In this document: one piece after another, positions 63,574 through 64,000 of the stretch | How positions within the stretch are numbered: position 1 is the first letter of the stretch | Layout of the letters: the number at the start of each line of letters is the position of its first letter | Origin: Saccostrea echinata | Taxonomy: Eukaryota | Length of the DNA: 64,000 bases | NCBI RefSeq assembly: GCF_033153115.1 | Contig: NW_026889765.1 | Span: 10,478,001-10,542,000, forward strand | Direction of reading: 5' to 3' | The notes under the pieces: generated by a model | Database searches by the model: none | What the model was told of the DNA's origin: nothing | The model's input: the letters and a program-made list of their open reading frames with translations, nothing else | Position numbers and translations under genes: made by a program

Positions 63574-64000
63574 GTGTTGATTTTTTTGGTTTTAATTTTG
63601 TTTTACTTTATAAAAAATGTCTATAGGAATAACATATTTTTCACTGGAAATAAAATAAATACATGTAGTAATGAACTTATTTACAGTAAATTATTTAAAA
63701 TGCCGGATAAAAATTATAATAGATATTTGAATACTTTTATTCCCGTTTTATTTATTTTAAATAAAAGCGCTTCTAGATCACCATTATTATTATATACGAT
63801 GTTAACATTTTTATAATATCTCCACAATAAGTGTAAACACTCAATATGCAGATTAATTAATAGAAGTCCTTACCCATGTTAGACATTTGTGACATTAAAT
63901 GAAAGTCAACTGTTTAGCTTGTTTAGAATATAAATATCATTTTGAAAACTACGGTAAACATTAAAATGCTTAAGTAAATTCGAACAATTGAGAGATTTTT

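Overview
AT-rich, intron-rich animal genomic DNA. It is most likely a bivalve mollusc (oyster), inferred from CvA/Cg170-type Helentron-satellite elements, and contains one assembly gap (41619-41756). Genes reconstructed by hand from GT-AG boundaries: the 5' part of a minus-strand secreted protein with a possible SH3b-like domain (210-2067); a complete 30-exon POLR1B/RPA2 (5499-35499, +); C2orf69 (40403-44361, +); MMADHC/CblD (46152-51176, -); and three paralogous two-exon genes for a small N-acylated stathmin-like protein (38714-39334 +, 55453-56162 -, 61486-62117 +). Introns and intergenic DNA are full of non-autonomous transposons. Three observations stand out. (1) At seven exon boundaries in POLR1B and MMADHC the exon-intron junction itself is tandemly amplified into the intron, creating arrays of up to 30 extra splice sites with strict polarity. 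(2) The three stathmin-like paralogs share a ~360-nt structured 3'UTR with compensatory base changes and twin hairpins, plus paired CRE motifs upstream. (3) The region upstream of the MMADHC start codon is unusually hairpin-dense. All calls are from reading the sequence; no searches or folding computations were run.
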